A stretch of DNA of 64,000 bases, from positions 544,001 through 608,000 of the forward strand of contig OZ254086.1 of NCBI GenBank assembly GCA_965267575.1, in the 5' to 3' direction. This DNA is from Calditrichales bacterium (GTDB lineage Bacteria > Calditrichota > Calditrichia > Calditrichales > J004). Position numbers and translations under genes: made by a program. Every line of letters begins with the position of its first letter. Positions within the stretch are counted from its first letter, which is position 1. Positions 30,265-40,794 of this stretch are shown piece by piece. The notes beneath the pieces were generated by a model. That model worked only from the letters and a program-made list of their open reading frames with translations, had not been told where the DNA came from and did no database searches.

Positions 30265-31407
30265 TTATTTCCCGTTGTCTAAAAAGGCGATTATTTCTCC
30301 GGCGGCGCGGTCGCTGGCACCGGGCTCGCCGAGTTTACGGCGTATGGTTTTTAGCTGCTGACGCGCTTCTTTATTGGCTTGAGGCTGCAGCAACCTGTGC
30401 AGTTCATCCGCGAGTGACGCTGCGTAGAGATCATCCTGGATAAGCTCTTTGGCTACCTGCTGCTCGGCAACAATATTGGCCAGACCGATAAACGGTACTT
30501 TAACCAGCATGCGCCCCAGCCAGTAGGTGAGCAGACTGACATGATAAACGATCACCATGGGCACGGCATAAAAAGCGCACTCCAGCGTGGCGGTGCCGGA
30601 GGCGACGGCCACAGCATCATAATGCGGCAGCACCTCGCGCAGGTTGGCCTTTTTCAAGGTTATAAATTCATCGTCGCCGCTGCTAAAAAACGAGCGGTAA
30701 AAGCTTTCTTCTATGTGCTCTACCCGGATGATCTCAACACGGTCCAGGTCGGAGGCGTTGCGCAGGCGGCGGACACTTTCCAGCATGGTAGGCAACAGCA
30801 GGCGCACTTCCTGCTTGCGGCTGCCGGGCAACAGCCCGACGATTACGTTGCCGGGTTGAGGTGTTTTCGTCTGTTCCGGCAAATGGCGGGTATGTTTGTC
30901 AACCAGCGGGTGTCCCACATAGTGCGCTTCGATGCCGTAATCTGCGTAAAATTTTTGTTCAAAGGGAAAAAGGACCAGCATAAGGTCCACGTCACGTTGG
31001 ATTTTGTGGATGCGGCCGCGCCCCCAGGCCCACAATTGCGGACTAATGTAATACACCACCGGGATACCGATTTTTTTCAGCCGTGCAGCCAGGCGCAGGT
31101 TGAAGCCGGGGTAGTCAACAAGGATGACGCAGGCAGGACGCTCTTTGCGGGCCCATTCCACAATCGTACGCATTACGCGGCGAATAAACGGCAGATGTCG
31201 CAACACCTCGGCGATACCCAGAAAAGCCATATCGCGCACATGGTAAAACAGCTCCATGCCGCATTCCTGCAGGTCATCGCCGCCAATACCGTGAAAAGTA
31301 AATGCCTTTTCGGATTGTTGCATGGCCTTCACCAGTTCCGCGGCGTGATGGTCGCCGGAGACTTCGCCGGCAATAATTAAAATTTTATCGGACACCCTAT
31401 GCTCCAC
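30265..31407 (-). CDS. lpxB: Lipid-A-disaccharide synthase
   Basis: AGEVSGD, DYPGFN, SPQLWAW, VGHPL, PGSR, SGTATLE. Confidence 0.96.
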   Translation of the reverse strand: MEHRVSDKILIIAGEVSGDHHAAELVKAMQQSEKAFTFHGIGGDDLQECGMELFYHVRDMAFLGIAEVLRHLPFIRRVMRTIVEWARKERPACVILVDYPGFNLRLAARLKKIGIPVVYYISPQLWAWGRGRIHKIQRDVDLMLVLFPFEQKFYADYGIEAHYVGHPLVDKHTRHLPEQTKTPQPGNVIVGLLPGSRKQEVRLLLPTMLESVRRLRNASDLDRVEIIRVEHIEESFYRSFFSSGDDEFITLKKANLREVLPHYDAVAVASGTATLECAFYAVPMVIVYHVSLLTYWLGRMLVKVPFIGLANIVAEQQVAKELIQDDLYAASLADELHRLLQPQANKEARQQLKTIRRKLGEPGASDRAAGEIIAFLDNGK

Positions 31408-31468
31408 AGACAGAAAGAGGTAAAGTTAGGAGATAAAATGCTGGCAGGCAACGCGGCGGGCGCAGGAA

Positions 31469-32296
31469 TTATTCGTAAAGCAGACCGGCAACGTAGCCGC
31501 TAACGGACTCTTTGCTGCCGCCGGTATCACCGGAGTTACGGTATAGTAAAACTTTAGATTTTGTGGCGCCCAGGTTGCGGCAAACACGCATAGCTGTTAC
31601 CACGGCGCCGCCGCCGTCCATTTCCAGCTGGCCCTTCTGGAAGTCATCATTCAGGCCTTCATCGTCAAAATGGTTGATATAGTTGATGGCGGCTTTATCT
31701 TCGCTGTTGGCTTTGCCGTAGCTCAATCCGGACGAGAGGTTAGATGAGGCTACGATAAATACGTTCTTCTTTTGGCACGCTTTAGTAAGAGCATCGCTCA
31801 GAATTTCAATATTTTCGGTGTCCTGGTTGCCCATAATGATCGGAACGACGGAAAAATCGTAGAGTACATGTTGCAGGAAAGGAAGCTGCACTTCCACGCC
31901 CTGCTCCTCCGCTTCGTGACCAAGTGAAGATGAGATTAATTTTGGGTGATGCTGGGTTATTTCACGCACCAGCTCTTTATCCACGCGGACTTCGCCCAAA
32001 GGCGTGCTGTATGCTTCACCTTTGAAAAAGGAGATTTCCTCAAAGTAGGTATGACGACTGGTGCCAAGAATAATGACCCGCTCAATATCCTGATCCATCA
32101 GCGGTCGGTAGGCTCGGGCGGCGACTCCACCACTGTAAATGAAGGGATCGTTCGGCACTATAATGCCGTGCAGACGACGGGGAATTTTAATCTCAGGCGA
32201 ACTTTCCAGAAAAACGGCGACTTCGCGCTCTAGGATATCTTTTTTGGCCGGATAAAATTTACCCGATACTCCGGGTCTCCGGATCAGATCTTGCAT
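31469..32296 (-). CDS. MEMO1 / AmmeMemoRadiSam protein B homologue with degenerate metal site
   Basis: RRPGVSGKFYP, YSG..AA.AY, TPLG, EVQLPFLQ, Y.NSGD...VSGY. Confidence 0.85.
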   Translation of the reverse strand: MQDLIRRPGVSGKFYPAKKDILEREVAVFLESSPEIKIPRRLHGIIVPNDPFIYSGGVAARAYRPLMDQDIERVIILGTSRHTYFEEISFFKGEAYSTPLGEVRVDKELVREITQHHPKLISSSLGHEAEEQGVEVQLPFLQHVLYDFSVVPIIMGNQDTENIEILSDALTKACQKKNVFIVASSNLSSGLSYGKANSEDKAAINYINHFDDEGLNDDFQKGQLEMDGGGAVVTAMRVCRNLGATKSKVLLYRNSGDTGGSKESVSGYVAGLLYE

Positions 32297-32573
32297 AGGA
32301 AACAGTGTCCTGGTCTGTACGAACATTGGCGTTAAGCCTTTGAATATACTTTAGTTTAGGAATTTGAACAAACGAAAAACAAGTGATCGTTGTATAGCCT
32401 ATTTTCGATAGAATAACATGCCGATTTAGTTGTAAATGTGCCGCTGGTAAATTGTTTTCCGTTCAAACATATTTACAGGGCAAATGCCATACCATTGATA
32501 GAATAGCGTTGTTGCGGAGATTGTTTTGGTCGGCGATTAAAGGGTGTGCATTATTTTCACTAAAAGCAGTGCA

Positions 32574-34466
32574 TTACTTCAAAACCAGCATCTTTTTCGT
32601 TTGCACAAACCCGCCTGCGCTTAAGCGGTAGTAGTACACACCGCTGGCCAGATGCGCCGCGTTGAAATTCAACTCATGGCGCCCGGCATTTTGCGGCCCA
32701 TTCAGAAGGGTTGCCACCTTTCTGCCCGCGCTGTCAAAAATCTCGATGGTCACTTGCTGCTGTCGGGGCAGCTCATAGACGATGGTTGTGGACGGGTTGA
32801 AGGGGTTGGGGTAATTCTGCTCAAGGTGAAAATTGCCGGCCGTTTGTTCATCGCTGTCCAGGCCGGAAGGTCCGTCGGTGGCATAAAGCGTTTTGTAGAT
32901 TGTGTCCGTTTCTCCACCCTTGTGAGTAAGCAAGGCTTTAATCGTATAGGCGCCCGGACGGTAAGCTTGAAACACGGCTTTGAGACTATCAAGAGCCAAC
33001 AAAACTGCCACACCATCCTGCGGTTTTTGATCGACGGACCACTCTATCTTCGTATCAACGGGCAATTGCGATGCTTTGGTCAGTCCCATGGCCTGCGCCT
33101 CAAGATGGACGGCAAAATCCATATCGAAACTGTCCTGTTTGCAATAAATCCGCAATTCACGTGCGTCTTCATGAAGCATTCTTTGCAGAAAGCGGGCACG
33201 TTTTCGTACTTCCGTAATGCTGTCCAGCGCGTCATTGCCGCGGGCCACGATCATTGCCAGAAGAATATCCATCGTATCTCCCGCCGCCAGATCGAACTGA
33301 CCGGAGTTTACCATGAAATTTTTGTCTTCCGCAAAGCTGTTAATCCACCCTTGACCGCTTACCGGATCACCACTAAAAAGATATTTGGGGTCGGTCGAAG
33401 CCGTCGCGCCGTTACCATAATCAAAGTTGAGTGGATCAAGGGGGCTCCCGTTTGCCAGCAATCCGCCTATTTGAAAATAGCGCAATTCTTCAGCATCCGG
33501 CCTGACCAGATACCAGAGATAGCCCGGGTACATAAAAGAAGACATATTAACATCACGCATATTCTGCTTTTGGATGGTAGCGCCTGTTGCAATATCCCAA
33601 TGGGTGGACGTAACATTTTGTTCGGAGGTCAAAATACCGTTGAGTATCTGGATTGCCATTGATGGTGGTTTATCTAGATAAAATTCATCAGTCCCATAGT
33701 TGTAAAAATAGCCCATCTGCAATATAGAGTCGCAACCAATCAAATCATCATTATAATCACCAATATCACCTTCCTGAACAGAAGAAAATATCAGGTCTTG
33801 CATATCTGTATAAGATCTGTTTATAAACCGATAATGAATAAATACGATGTCACCAAGGTAATCTTTTGAATTATATGCCCATAATGTTTGCTGAACTTCC
33901 ACATCCAATGGTTTTTCACTGCCCTGGAAGCTATATCCCTGTTCAACAAATTCACCATGAAAAACGCACCAGACGAGCTTATCTCCGTGTTGTGGTGGCG
34001 AATCAATCGTTGGGTCGTAATGTCCGTCTTGATTCAGGTCTTCGAACGGGGCTCCAAATGCCACCGCAGTTTTCCATTCCCTGAACGCTTCACTGCTCTT
34101 ACCATCTTGAGAATTAACCATGAAAAAGCGGTCCGGGACATCATGGCTTTCTACGCCCGCTATGCCTTCCACAAATTCCCTGATGCGCCATGCATCAAAA
34201 ATACCTGCGGTTCTCAATGAATCATTTACGTATCCGCTTAATAATATCCCCCCGGTGAAAAGGAAAGACAATTCCGTGCCCTTTGGATAATAGGCTTTTC
34301 CGTTTTCTCCAAGACTTCCCTGGTTACTGAACTCCAATGATATGAGATTAATATCCATCCCAATAGTGTGTTTTGCTTGCGGAAAAAGTGCGGCCTGCTT
34401 CTCAATGTTTCCTGCCATCAGGGCACATACGAGCAAATAAACGATTGAATAGACGCTACTTTGCAT
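32574..34466 (-). CDS. Secreted T9SS-CTD protein, array paralogue 4
   Basis: Start MQSSV with GGAGG upstream; QNYPNPFNP...ASGVYYY. Confidence 0.85.
   Translation of the reverse strand: MQSSVYSIVYLLVCALMAGNIEKQAALFPQAKHTIGMDINLISLEFSNQGSLGENGKAYYPKGTELSFLFTGGILLSGYVNDSLRTAGIFDAWRIREFVEGIAGVESHDVPDRFFMVNSQDGKSSEAFREWKTAVAFGAPFEDLNQDGHYDPTIDSPPQHGDKLVWCVFHGEFVEQGYSFQGSEKPLDVEVQQTLWAYNSKDYLGDIVFIHYRFINRSYTDMQDLIFSSVQEGDIGDYNDDLIGCDSILQMGYFYNYGTDEFYLDKPPSMAIQILNGILTSEQNVTSTHWDIATGATIQKQNMRDVNMSSFMYPGYLWYLVRPDAEELRYFQIGGLLANGSPLDPLNFDYGNGATASTDPKYLFSGDPVSGQGWINSFAEDKNFMVNSGQFDLAAGDTMDILLAMIVARGNDALDSITEVRKRARFLQRMLHEDARELRIYCKQDSFDMDFAVHLEAQAMGLTKASQLPVDTKIEWSVDQKPQDGVAVLLALDSLKAVFQAYRPGAYTIKALLTHKGGETDTIYKTLYATDGPSGLDSDEQTAGNFHLEQNYPNPFNPSTTIVYELPRQQQVTIEIFDSAGRKVATLLNGPQNAGRHELNFNAAHLASGVYYYRLSAGGFVQTKKMLVLK
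33163..33260. repeat. 98-bp exact repeat of 35072-35169, inside a roughly 690-bp high-identity block
   Basis: gcgtcttcatgaagcatt...gatcattgccag is identical in both copies; a close variant lies at about 37005-37102. Confidence 0.85.
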
Positions 34467-34482
34467 GGAGCCCTCCACATGG

Positions 34483-36402
34483 CTACTTGATAAGCAACAT
34501 TTTTCTTGTTTGCACAAACCGTCCTGCAGTTAAGCGGTAGTAGTACACACCGCTGGCCAGATGCGCCGCTTTGAAATCCAACTCATGGCGCCCGGCGTTT
34601 TGTGGCCCGTCCAGTAGGGTCGCCACCTTTCTCCCGGCGCTGTCATAAATCTGGATATTCACCTTTTCCCTTCGGGGCAGTTCATACACAATCGTTGTGG
34701 ATGGGTTGAAGGGATTGGGGTAGTTCTGCCGCAGGTGAAAATTGCCGGCCGTTTGTTCGTCGCTGTCCAGGCCGGAAGGTCCGTCGGTGGCGTAAAGCGT
34801 TTTGTAGATTGTGTCCGTTTCTCCGCCCTCGTGCGTAAGCAAGGCCTTAATCGTATAGGCGCCTGGATGGTAAGCTTGAAATACGGCTTTGAGGCTATCA
34901 AGAGCCAACAAAACTGCCACTCCATCCTGCGGCTTTTGATCGATCGACCATTCGACCTGCGTATCAAACGGTAATCGCGATGCTTTGGTCAATCCCATGG
35001 CTTCCGCCTTGAGATGGGCGGCAAAATCCATATCAAAACTGTCCTGCTTGCAATAAATCCTCAATTCACGCGCGTCTTCATGAAGCATTCTTTGCAGAAA
35101 GCGGGCACGTTTTCGTACTTCCGTAATGCTGTCCAGCGCGTCATTGCCGCGGGCCACGATCATTGCCAGCAAAATGTCTGATGTATCCCCCGGGCTCATT
35201 TCAAAAGGGCCGCTGTTGATAAAAAAGCGCTTATCGCTGGGCGGATCATCAAGCCATCCCGTTCCTGCAACCGGATCGCCATTATAGAGATATTTCGGGT
35301 TCGTGCCCGGCACAGCCCCCGTGCCGAATCCAAATGAAACAGGATCGATCGGCTCACCAAGCCTGTTTTGGCCGCCAACCTGGTAACGGCGTGCTTCAAC
35401 GGGATTATTGGGATCGCCAAGGGTGGGATGAGAATGAAAAAAATATATAAAAGAGGAAAACCCCGGCGCATAAATATTTTCAAGCGTTTTGGTCGTTAGA
35501 TTATCAATATTCCAAAAAACAGTTTGTGCGTGCGGTTGATTTGTCTGAGGACCCTGAAGAATCTTCATGGCAAATGCGGGCGGATTATCCCCGTAGCCCG
35601 GCCAGGGCAAGTAACCGTAATCCGGGTCAGGCCCGTCATTATATACGTAACCCATCTGCAAAATTGTATCGCAACCAATCAGGTCATCATTGTGGTAGCC
35701 GAGATCTGGATCCACCAGGGAGCTGAAGATCATCTCTTCCAACGCCTTACCTGATCTATTAATAATCCTGTAGTGAAAAAATACAATTTCGCCAAGAAAA
35801 CCTTCGGAGTTGTAAGCCCATAATGTTTGTTGTATTTCAACGCCCAGTGGTTCGGTTCTGATATTATCATTTTCTTGCGGCAAGGTATTATCATTAAAAA
35901 CAGTCCAGACAAGCTTGTCGCCCAGATCCGGCGGAGTGTCAATCTGCGCCTCATATTGCCCGTCTCCATCTACGTCATTAAACGGAGCACCGAGGCTTAC
36001 TGCATTCGCCCAATCGAGGTAGGCAGAACTTCCCTGTTCATCAGCTGCATTGACTGAATAAAACCTGGCCAGTGGATCTTCCGGCGTCATACCCCATATC
36101 CCGGGGGCATATGCCTCTGCATAGTTATCATAATAAGTCCAGGCCGTTCTTAATGAATCATTAACATAACCACTGAGCCCCAGACCGGCCCCCTGTAAAA
36201 AAGTCAGTTGTGAACCTTTGGGATAATATGTTTTGTGTGTCCATCCAATATCCCCATTGTTGTGAAAAGCCAGGTCGATCTTGTTTACGTCCATGCGTAT
36301 AGTCAGGCCTTCTGTGTCCAGCGGTTCTTCACCCGCTTTGTCTGTGCGGCCGGCAAGCAATAGCGTAAATGCCAGCATTAACAGTATCGATTGCTTTTTC
36401 AT
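34483..36402 (-). CDS. Secreted T9SS-CTD protein, array paralogue 3
   Basis: Signal peptide MKKQ; shared core motifs and C-terminal domain. Confidence 0.88.
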   Translation of the reverse strand: MKKQSILLMLAFTLLLAGRTDKAGEEPLDTEGLTIRMDVNKIDLAFHNNGDIGWTHKTYYPKGSQLTFLQGAGLGLSGYVNDSLRTAWTYYDNYAEAYAPGIWGMTPEDPLARFYSVNAADEQGSSAYLDWANAVSLGAPFNDVDGDGQYEAQIDTPPDLGDKLVWTVFNDNTLPQENDNIRTEPLGVEIQQTLWAYNSEGFLGEIVFFHYRIINRSGKALEEMIFSSLVDPDLGYHNDDLIGCDTILQMGYVYNDGPDPDYGYLPWPGYGDNPPAFAMKILQGPQTNQPHAQTVFWNIDNLTTKTLENIYAPGFSSFIYFFHSHPTLGDPNNPVEARRYQVGGQNRLGEPIDPVSFGFGTGAVPGTNPKYLYNGDPVAGTGWLDDPPSDKRFFINSGPFEMSPGDTSDILLAMIVARGNDALDSITEVRKRARFLQRMLHEDARELRIYCKQDSFDMDFAAHLKAEAMGLTKASRLPFDTQVEWSIDQKPQDGVAVLLALDSLKAVFQAYHPGAYTIKALLTHEGGETDTIYKTLYATDGPSGLDSDEQTAGNFHLRQNYPNPFNPSTTIVYELPRREKVNIQIYDSAGRKVATLLDGPQNAGRHELDFKAAHLASGVYYYRLTAGRFVQTRKMLLIK

Positions 36403-36415
36403 CAGGGCTCCTTCG

Positions 36416-38308
36416 CTACTTGATTAGTAACATCTTCCTTGTTTGCACAAACCGTCCTGCAGTTAAGCGGTAGTAGTACACACCGCTGGCCAGATGCGAC
36501 GCGTTGAAGGTAAGCTTATGGCGCCCTCCGTTTTGCCGGCCATCCAAAAGGGTTGCCACTTTTCGTCCGGCACTGTCAAAAATATCTATCGTCACCTGTT
36601 CCCGTCGCGGCAGCTCATACACAATCGTAGTAGAGGGATTGAAGGGGTTGGGGTAATTTTGACGAAGGCGAAAACTGCCGGCAGTTTGTTTGTCACTGTC
36701 CAGGCTTAAAGGGTCATCCGTGGCGTAAAGCGTTTTGTAGATTGTATCCACTTCACCGCTTTTGTGAGCTAGCATGGCCTTTATTTTATGGGTGCCCGGA
36801 CGGTAAGCCTTAAACACCGCTCTGAGACTGTCAAGAGCCAAAAGTATAGCCACTCCGTCTTCCGGCTTTTCATCAATTGACCATTCAATCTCCGTATCAA
36901 CTGGTAATTGCGATGCTACGGTCAGCCCCATGGCCTGGGCTTCAAGGTGAGCGGCAAAATCCATATCGAAGCTATCCTGCGCGCAATAAATCTTTAATTC
37001 TCGCGCGTCCTCATGAAGCATTCTTTGCAGAAAGCGGGCGCGTTTTCGTACTTCAGTAATGCTGTCCAGCGCGTCTTTGCCCCGGGCTACGATCATCGCC
37101 AGCAGAACATCCATCGTGTCTCCCGCAGCCAGGTCGAATGGACCGGAATTGATCATGAAATTTTTGTCATCCGGAGGATCATCCAACCAGCCATCACCTG
37201 ATATGGGGTCTCCGCTGAAAAGGAAATAAGGATTAGTCTGGTCGGATGCTCCTGAACCGAATGGGTAGTTAACCGGATCAATAGGATGCCCAGAAGGAGT
37301 AAGGCCTAGCTGCAAATTACGCACTTCCTGGTCCCTGTTTGTCCAGTGCAGATCTTCAAAATACTTAATAAAGGAGGAAAAACCGCAAGACTTCTTACCT
37401 TTTATTATTACTTGTGCTTTGTTTTCATAATCAAAAACGACGGCTTTACTGCCGGATTGAGTAGAATAAGGGCTGCTTAATAGCTGTATACCAAAAGCAG
37501 GTACATTTAAGCCATACTCTGAATCTGACCCATTGTCATAACAAAAACCCAGATTAAGCAAAGTATCGCACCCGATCAGATCATTATTATACGCGCCCAA
37601 GTCAGGATCATGAATCGAAGTAAATATGAGTTCTTTTTGAAGGCTGTTCGACCGATTAATTATGCGGTAATGTATAAATACGACATCTCCGAGATACTTT
37701 TCGCTGTCGTATGCCCAGATTGATTGCTGCACTTCAATACCCAATACTTTGGACCGCAACGCCGTTCGATCAGATGGGGAAGTATTGTCGTTAAAAGCAG
37801 ACCAAAACAGTCTGTCACCGATTTGCAGCGGTTTGTCAAATGTTGGGTCGTATCTACCGTTTAGATTGATATCTTGGTAAGGTGCTCCCATTTCTACTGC
37901 TTTCGCCCAATCCTGAAATGCGCGGCTGTCAGGCGTATCAATATGACTTACGCTGTAAATCCGGGCGTCCGGGTTTTCGCTATCCATACCCCAAATACCA
38001 GGTTGAAATTCGCTTATTCGACGCGCATGAAAAATCCAGGCTGTTTTTAACGTATCGTTAACATAGCCACTCAGTGCTATTCCACCGGCCCACAAAAACG
38101 ATATACCTCCTCCTGAGGGATAATAAGAAGTTCCCCTCTGTCCCAAATCACCATAATTACTAAAAGCAAGGTCAATACGATTTACATTTATTCTTTCGCT
38201 CTGCCAAATAGAATAGGAAGATGTTTCCTCGTTGGCTGCACCACTTGCCACAACAACAATAAGCAGACATAATCCAGCCATTATTATAAAAAAAGATTGC
38301 TTTTTCAT
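36416..38308 (-). CDS. Secreted T9SS-CTD protein, array paralogue 2
   Basis: Signal peptide MKKQ; shared core motifs and C-terminal domain. Confidence 0.88.
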   Translation of the reverse strand: MKKQSFFIIMAGLCLLIVVVASGAANEETSSYSIWQSERINVNRIDLAFSNYGDLGQRGTSYYPSGGGISFLWAGGIALSGYVNDTLKTAWIFHARRISEFQPGIWGMDSENPDARIYSVSHIDTPDSRAFQDWAKAVEMGAPYQDINLNGRYDPTFDKPLQIGDRLFWSAFNDNTSPSDRTALRSKVLGIEVQQSIWAYDSEKYLGDVVFIHYRIINRSNSLQKELIFTSIHDPDLGAYNNDLIGCDTLLNLGFCYDNGSDSEYGLNVPAFGIQLLSSPYSTQSGSKAVVFDYENKAQVIIKGKKSCGFSSFIKYFEDLHWTNRDQEVRNLQLGLTPSGHPIDPVNYPFGSGASDQTNPYFLFSGDPISGDGWLDDPPDDKNFMINSGPFDLAAGDTMDVLLAMIVARGKDALDSITEVRKRARFLQRMLHEDARELKIYCAQDSFDMDFAAHLEAQAMGLTVASQLPVDTEIEWSIDEKPEDGVAILLALDSLRAVFKAYRPGTHKIKAMLAHKSGEVDTIYKTLYATDDPLSLDSDKQTAGSFRLRQNYPNPFNPSTTIVYELPRREQVTIDIFDSAGRKVATLLDGRQNGGRHKLTFNASHLASGVYYYRLTAGRFVQTRKMLLIK

Positions 38309-38322
38309 CTGGTCTCGTTTCG

Positions 38323-40209
38323 CTACTTAATAAGCAACATCTTCTTAGTTTGCACAAACCCGCCTGCGCTTAAGCGGTAGTAGTACACGCCGCTGGCCAG
38401 ATGCGCCGCGTTAAAATCCAGCTCATGGCGCCCGGCATTTTTTGGGCCATCAAGAAGGGTTGCCACCTTTCTGCCTGAGCTGTCAAAAATATCTACGCTC
38501 ACCTGCTCCCTTCGGGGCAGTTCATACACTATGGTTGTGGACGGGTTAAAGGGGTTGGGGTAATTCTGGCCAAGATGAAATGATATGGGGTGGCCGCTTC
38601 CCTTTTCGATTGCCGTGATGCCTTCTACATGAATGGAAACAGTATCCCGACTTACAGTATCATTGGACCATTCCGATTCCAAACTAAAACGGTAAAGTCC
38701 GCTAACGTCAGGTACAAATAGAACGCTGTCCTGATCAAATGCTTCGAAGTTCCATTCGCTGGAATCCGGTTTTTGCGCCAAGGTCCAGCTGCGGCTTTGT
38801 ACGGACAAGCTCGCATCAAAAACAGCATCCCGGGCCACAAGCATGGTGCTGTCATCCCGCGCCAGCAAAGTATCCGCCATGATATAACTGACGGCATTCG
38901 AGGGGAAAAGACTTTGCAGCTTGCGGGCGTGGCTCCGGGTTACTGTTATACTGTTTAACTCATCACTGCCGCGTCCAACAATTAAAGCGACCAACACATC
39001 CATCGTATCATTTACATTCATATCAAACGGGCCGCTGTTTATCATTATACGCTTATCGTCGGGCGGCTCGTCTCTCCAGCCGCTGCCGGTTACCGGATCA
39101 CCACTATACATGTAAAGAGGATTTGTCCCGGCATCCGCCCCGGTTCCAAAGCCAAAAGTAAGGGGGTTGATGGACTGGCCTGTTCTGTCTTGTCCACCTA
39201 TCTGGTAACGACGCGCTTCTAAAGCAAAATTTGGGTCCCCAATTGTAGGATGCGAGGAGATATAATATGAAAATGATGTCAGCTCGCGCACATGACGGTT
39301 TATATAATGGTTGATAGTTTTTGATGAGATATCCCAAACGCTGGCCTGGGCATGAGGCTGCTCTATTTGGGGCCCCTGCAAAAGCTGAACGGCCACGGCA
39401 GGAGGATTTACGCCATAATCGCCGTCGGCACCATCGTTATAGCAATAGCCCATTTGCAGGAGCGTATCACACCCTACCAGATCATCCCTGTAGTCCCCGA
39501 GATCGGGGTCGTGTACCGAAGTAAAAATAACATCTTTCTGGGCAGAGCCCGAGCGATTGATAATGCGGTAATGGATAAAAACAACATCACCCAGGAAATT
39601 CTGCGCGCTGTAGGCCCAGACGGTTTGCTGCACCTCCACGCCGAGAGGCGCCGTGCCCAGCCGCGCTCTGTCATCGGGGGTTGTGTCATCGTTGAAAACA
39701 CACCAGACCAATTTGTCGCCAAGCTGCAGGGGCTTATCCACCTGCGGATCGTATATGCCATCGCCGTTCACATCCTCAAAAGGCGCGCCGCTGCTTACGG
39801 CATCCTGCCAATTCAGGTAAGCCGCACTGCCCGGCCCATCCGCGGAGGTAATAGCATAAAAACGGGCCAGCGGATCTTCGGGGCTTGTCCCCCAGGCGCC
39901 TTCAGCAAACTCCTCTATACGCGATGTGGAAATTGTCCAGGCTGTGCGCAGCGAATCCTGCACATAACCGCTAAGCGCTATTCCGCCACTAAAAAGAAAA
40001 GTGAGGTCAGAGCCGGCAGGATAATAAGAATCGGCATCCTGTCCCAGACCACCGGCATTATCAAAAGCAAGGTCAATGCGGTTTACGTCCATCCTTGCGT
40101 TAAGGGCAACAGTTTCTACCGCTTGCGGTTTGTTTTCCTGACTCTCGGAAGCAGGAATTACGAATGCAACCGAAATAAAGCATAACACCAGCGAATGTGG
40201 CCATTTCAT
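38323..40209 (-). CDS. Secreted T9SS-CTD protein, array paralogue 1
   Basis: Start moved to MKWPH (signal peptide); shared core motifs and C-terminal domain. Confidence 0.85.
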   Translation of the reverse strand: MKWPHSLVLCFISVAFVIPASESQENKPQAVETVALNARMDVNRIDLAFDNAGGLGQDADSYYPAGSDLTFLFSGGIALSGYVQDSLRTAWTISTSRIEEFAEGAWGTSPEDPLARFYAITSADGPGSAAYLNWQDAVSSGAPFEDVNGDGIYDPQVDKPLQLGDKLVWCVFNDDTTPDDRARLGTAPLGVEVQQTVWAYSAQNFLGDVVFIHYRIINRSGSAQKDVIFTSVHDPDLGDYRDDLVGCDTLLQMGYCYNDGADGDYGVNPPAVAVQLLQGPQIEQPHAQASVWDISSKTINHYINRHVRELTSFSYYISSHPTIGDPNFALEARRYQIGGQDRTGQSINPLTFGFGTGADAGTNPLYMYSGDPVTGSGWRDEPPDDKRIMINSGPFDMNVNDTMDVLVALIVGRGSDELNSITVTRSHARKLQSLFPSNAVSYIMADTLLARDDSTMLVARDAVFDASLSVQSRSWTLAQKPDSSEWNFEAFDQDSVLFVPDVSGLYRFSLESEWSNDTVSRDTVSIHVEGITAIEKGSGHPISFHLGQNYPNPFNPSTTIVYELPRREQVSVDIFDSSGRKVATLLDGPKNAGRHELDFNAAHLASGVYYYRLSAGGFVQTKKMLLIK

Positions 40210-40434
40210 AAACACCCCCAGATTTTTATGTCGTTCGCAGCGGAGAATCACCCGAGCGGGCAACGCGAACATCAAAAGGAAGGACTTTTGGCAGATCCGC
40301 AAGGCGGATTTTCCCGTTGCCAAAGTTTCAATTAAAGATAAAAAGCAATACATTAACCACCAATCCGAATACAAACCTGTTTATACCTCTTAATGGTTAG
40401 AAACTACATTTCACAGGAAAGACAAAAAATCGTT

Positions 40435-40794
40435 ATGAAAAAAGAACAGATTGACGAGGTTTTACGCGAGATGATCGCGGACTACAGTCAAAAAGCCTTG
40501 GCTTACATGCTGCACTTCGAGACCGGTGAACGGCGACTGGAGCAGGATAAGCGCAAAGAATTGCAGGAAAAATACGGCAAAGAAGCATTTAGCCCGGTGC
40601 TGGACTGGAGCGGGCATTTTGGTGAACTGGCCGATTCCGATATTCTGGATGAGCGCATTAATGCCCTGCTGCAAAATGAAGGCTATGACAAGGAAGAGTT
40701 TGTCATTCCGCGCGACCGCCTTAAAAATAAGCTTTGGAACGAAGCGCGCCGCCAGGCCCATGACATTCTAAATCAAATACAAAAGGAACAATGA
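40435..40794 (+). CDS. Hypothetical helical protein
   Basis: ORF overlaps the next gene by ATGA. Confidence 0.65.
   Translation: MKKEQIDEVLREMIADYSQKALAYMLHFETGERRLEQDKRKELQEKYGKEAFSPVLDWSGHFGELADSDILDERINALLQNEGYDKEEFVIPRDRLKNKLWNEARRQAHDILNQIQKEQ

Noticed and set aside
32362-32468. Imperfect inverted repeat (tttgaac..gaaaaacaa / ttgttttccgttcaaa)
   Set aside because: Short, gapped and AT-rich; could be chance.
32574-37150. Paralogue repeats as DGR template/variable pairs
   Set aside because: Differences are not adenine-specific and look largely synonymous; all copies lie in intact genes.
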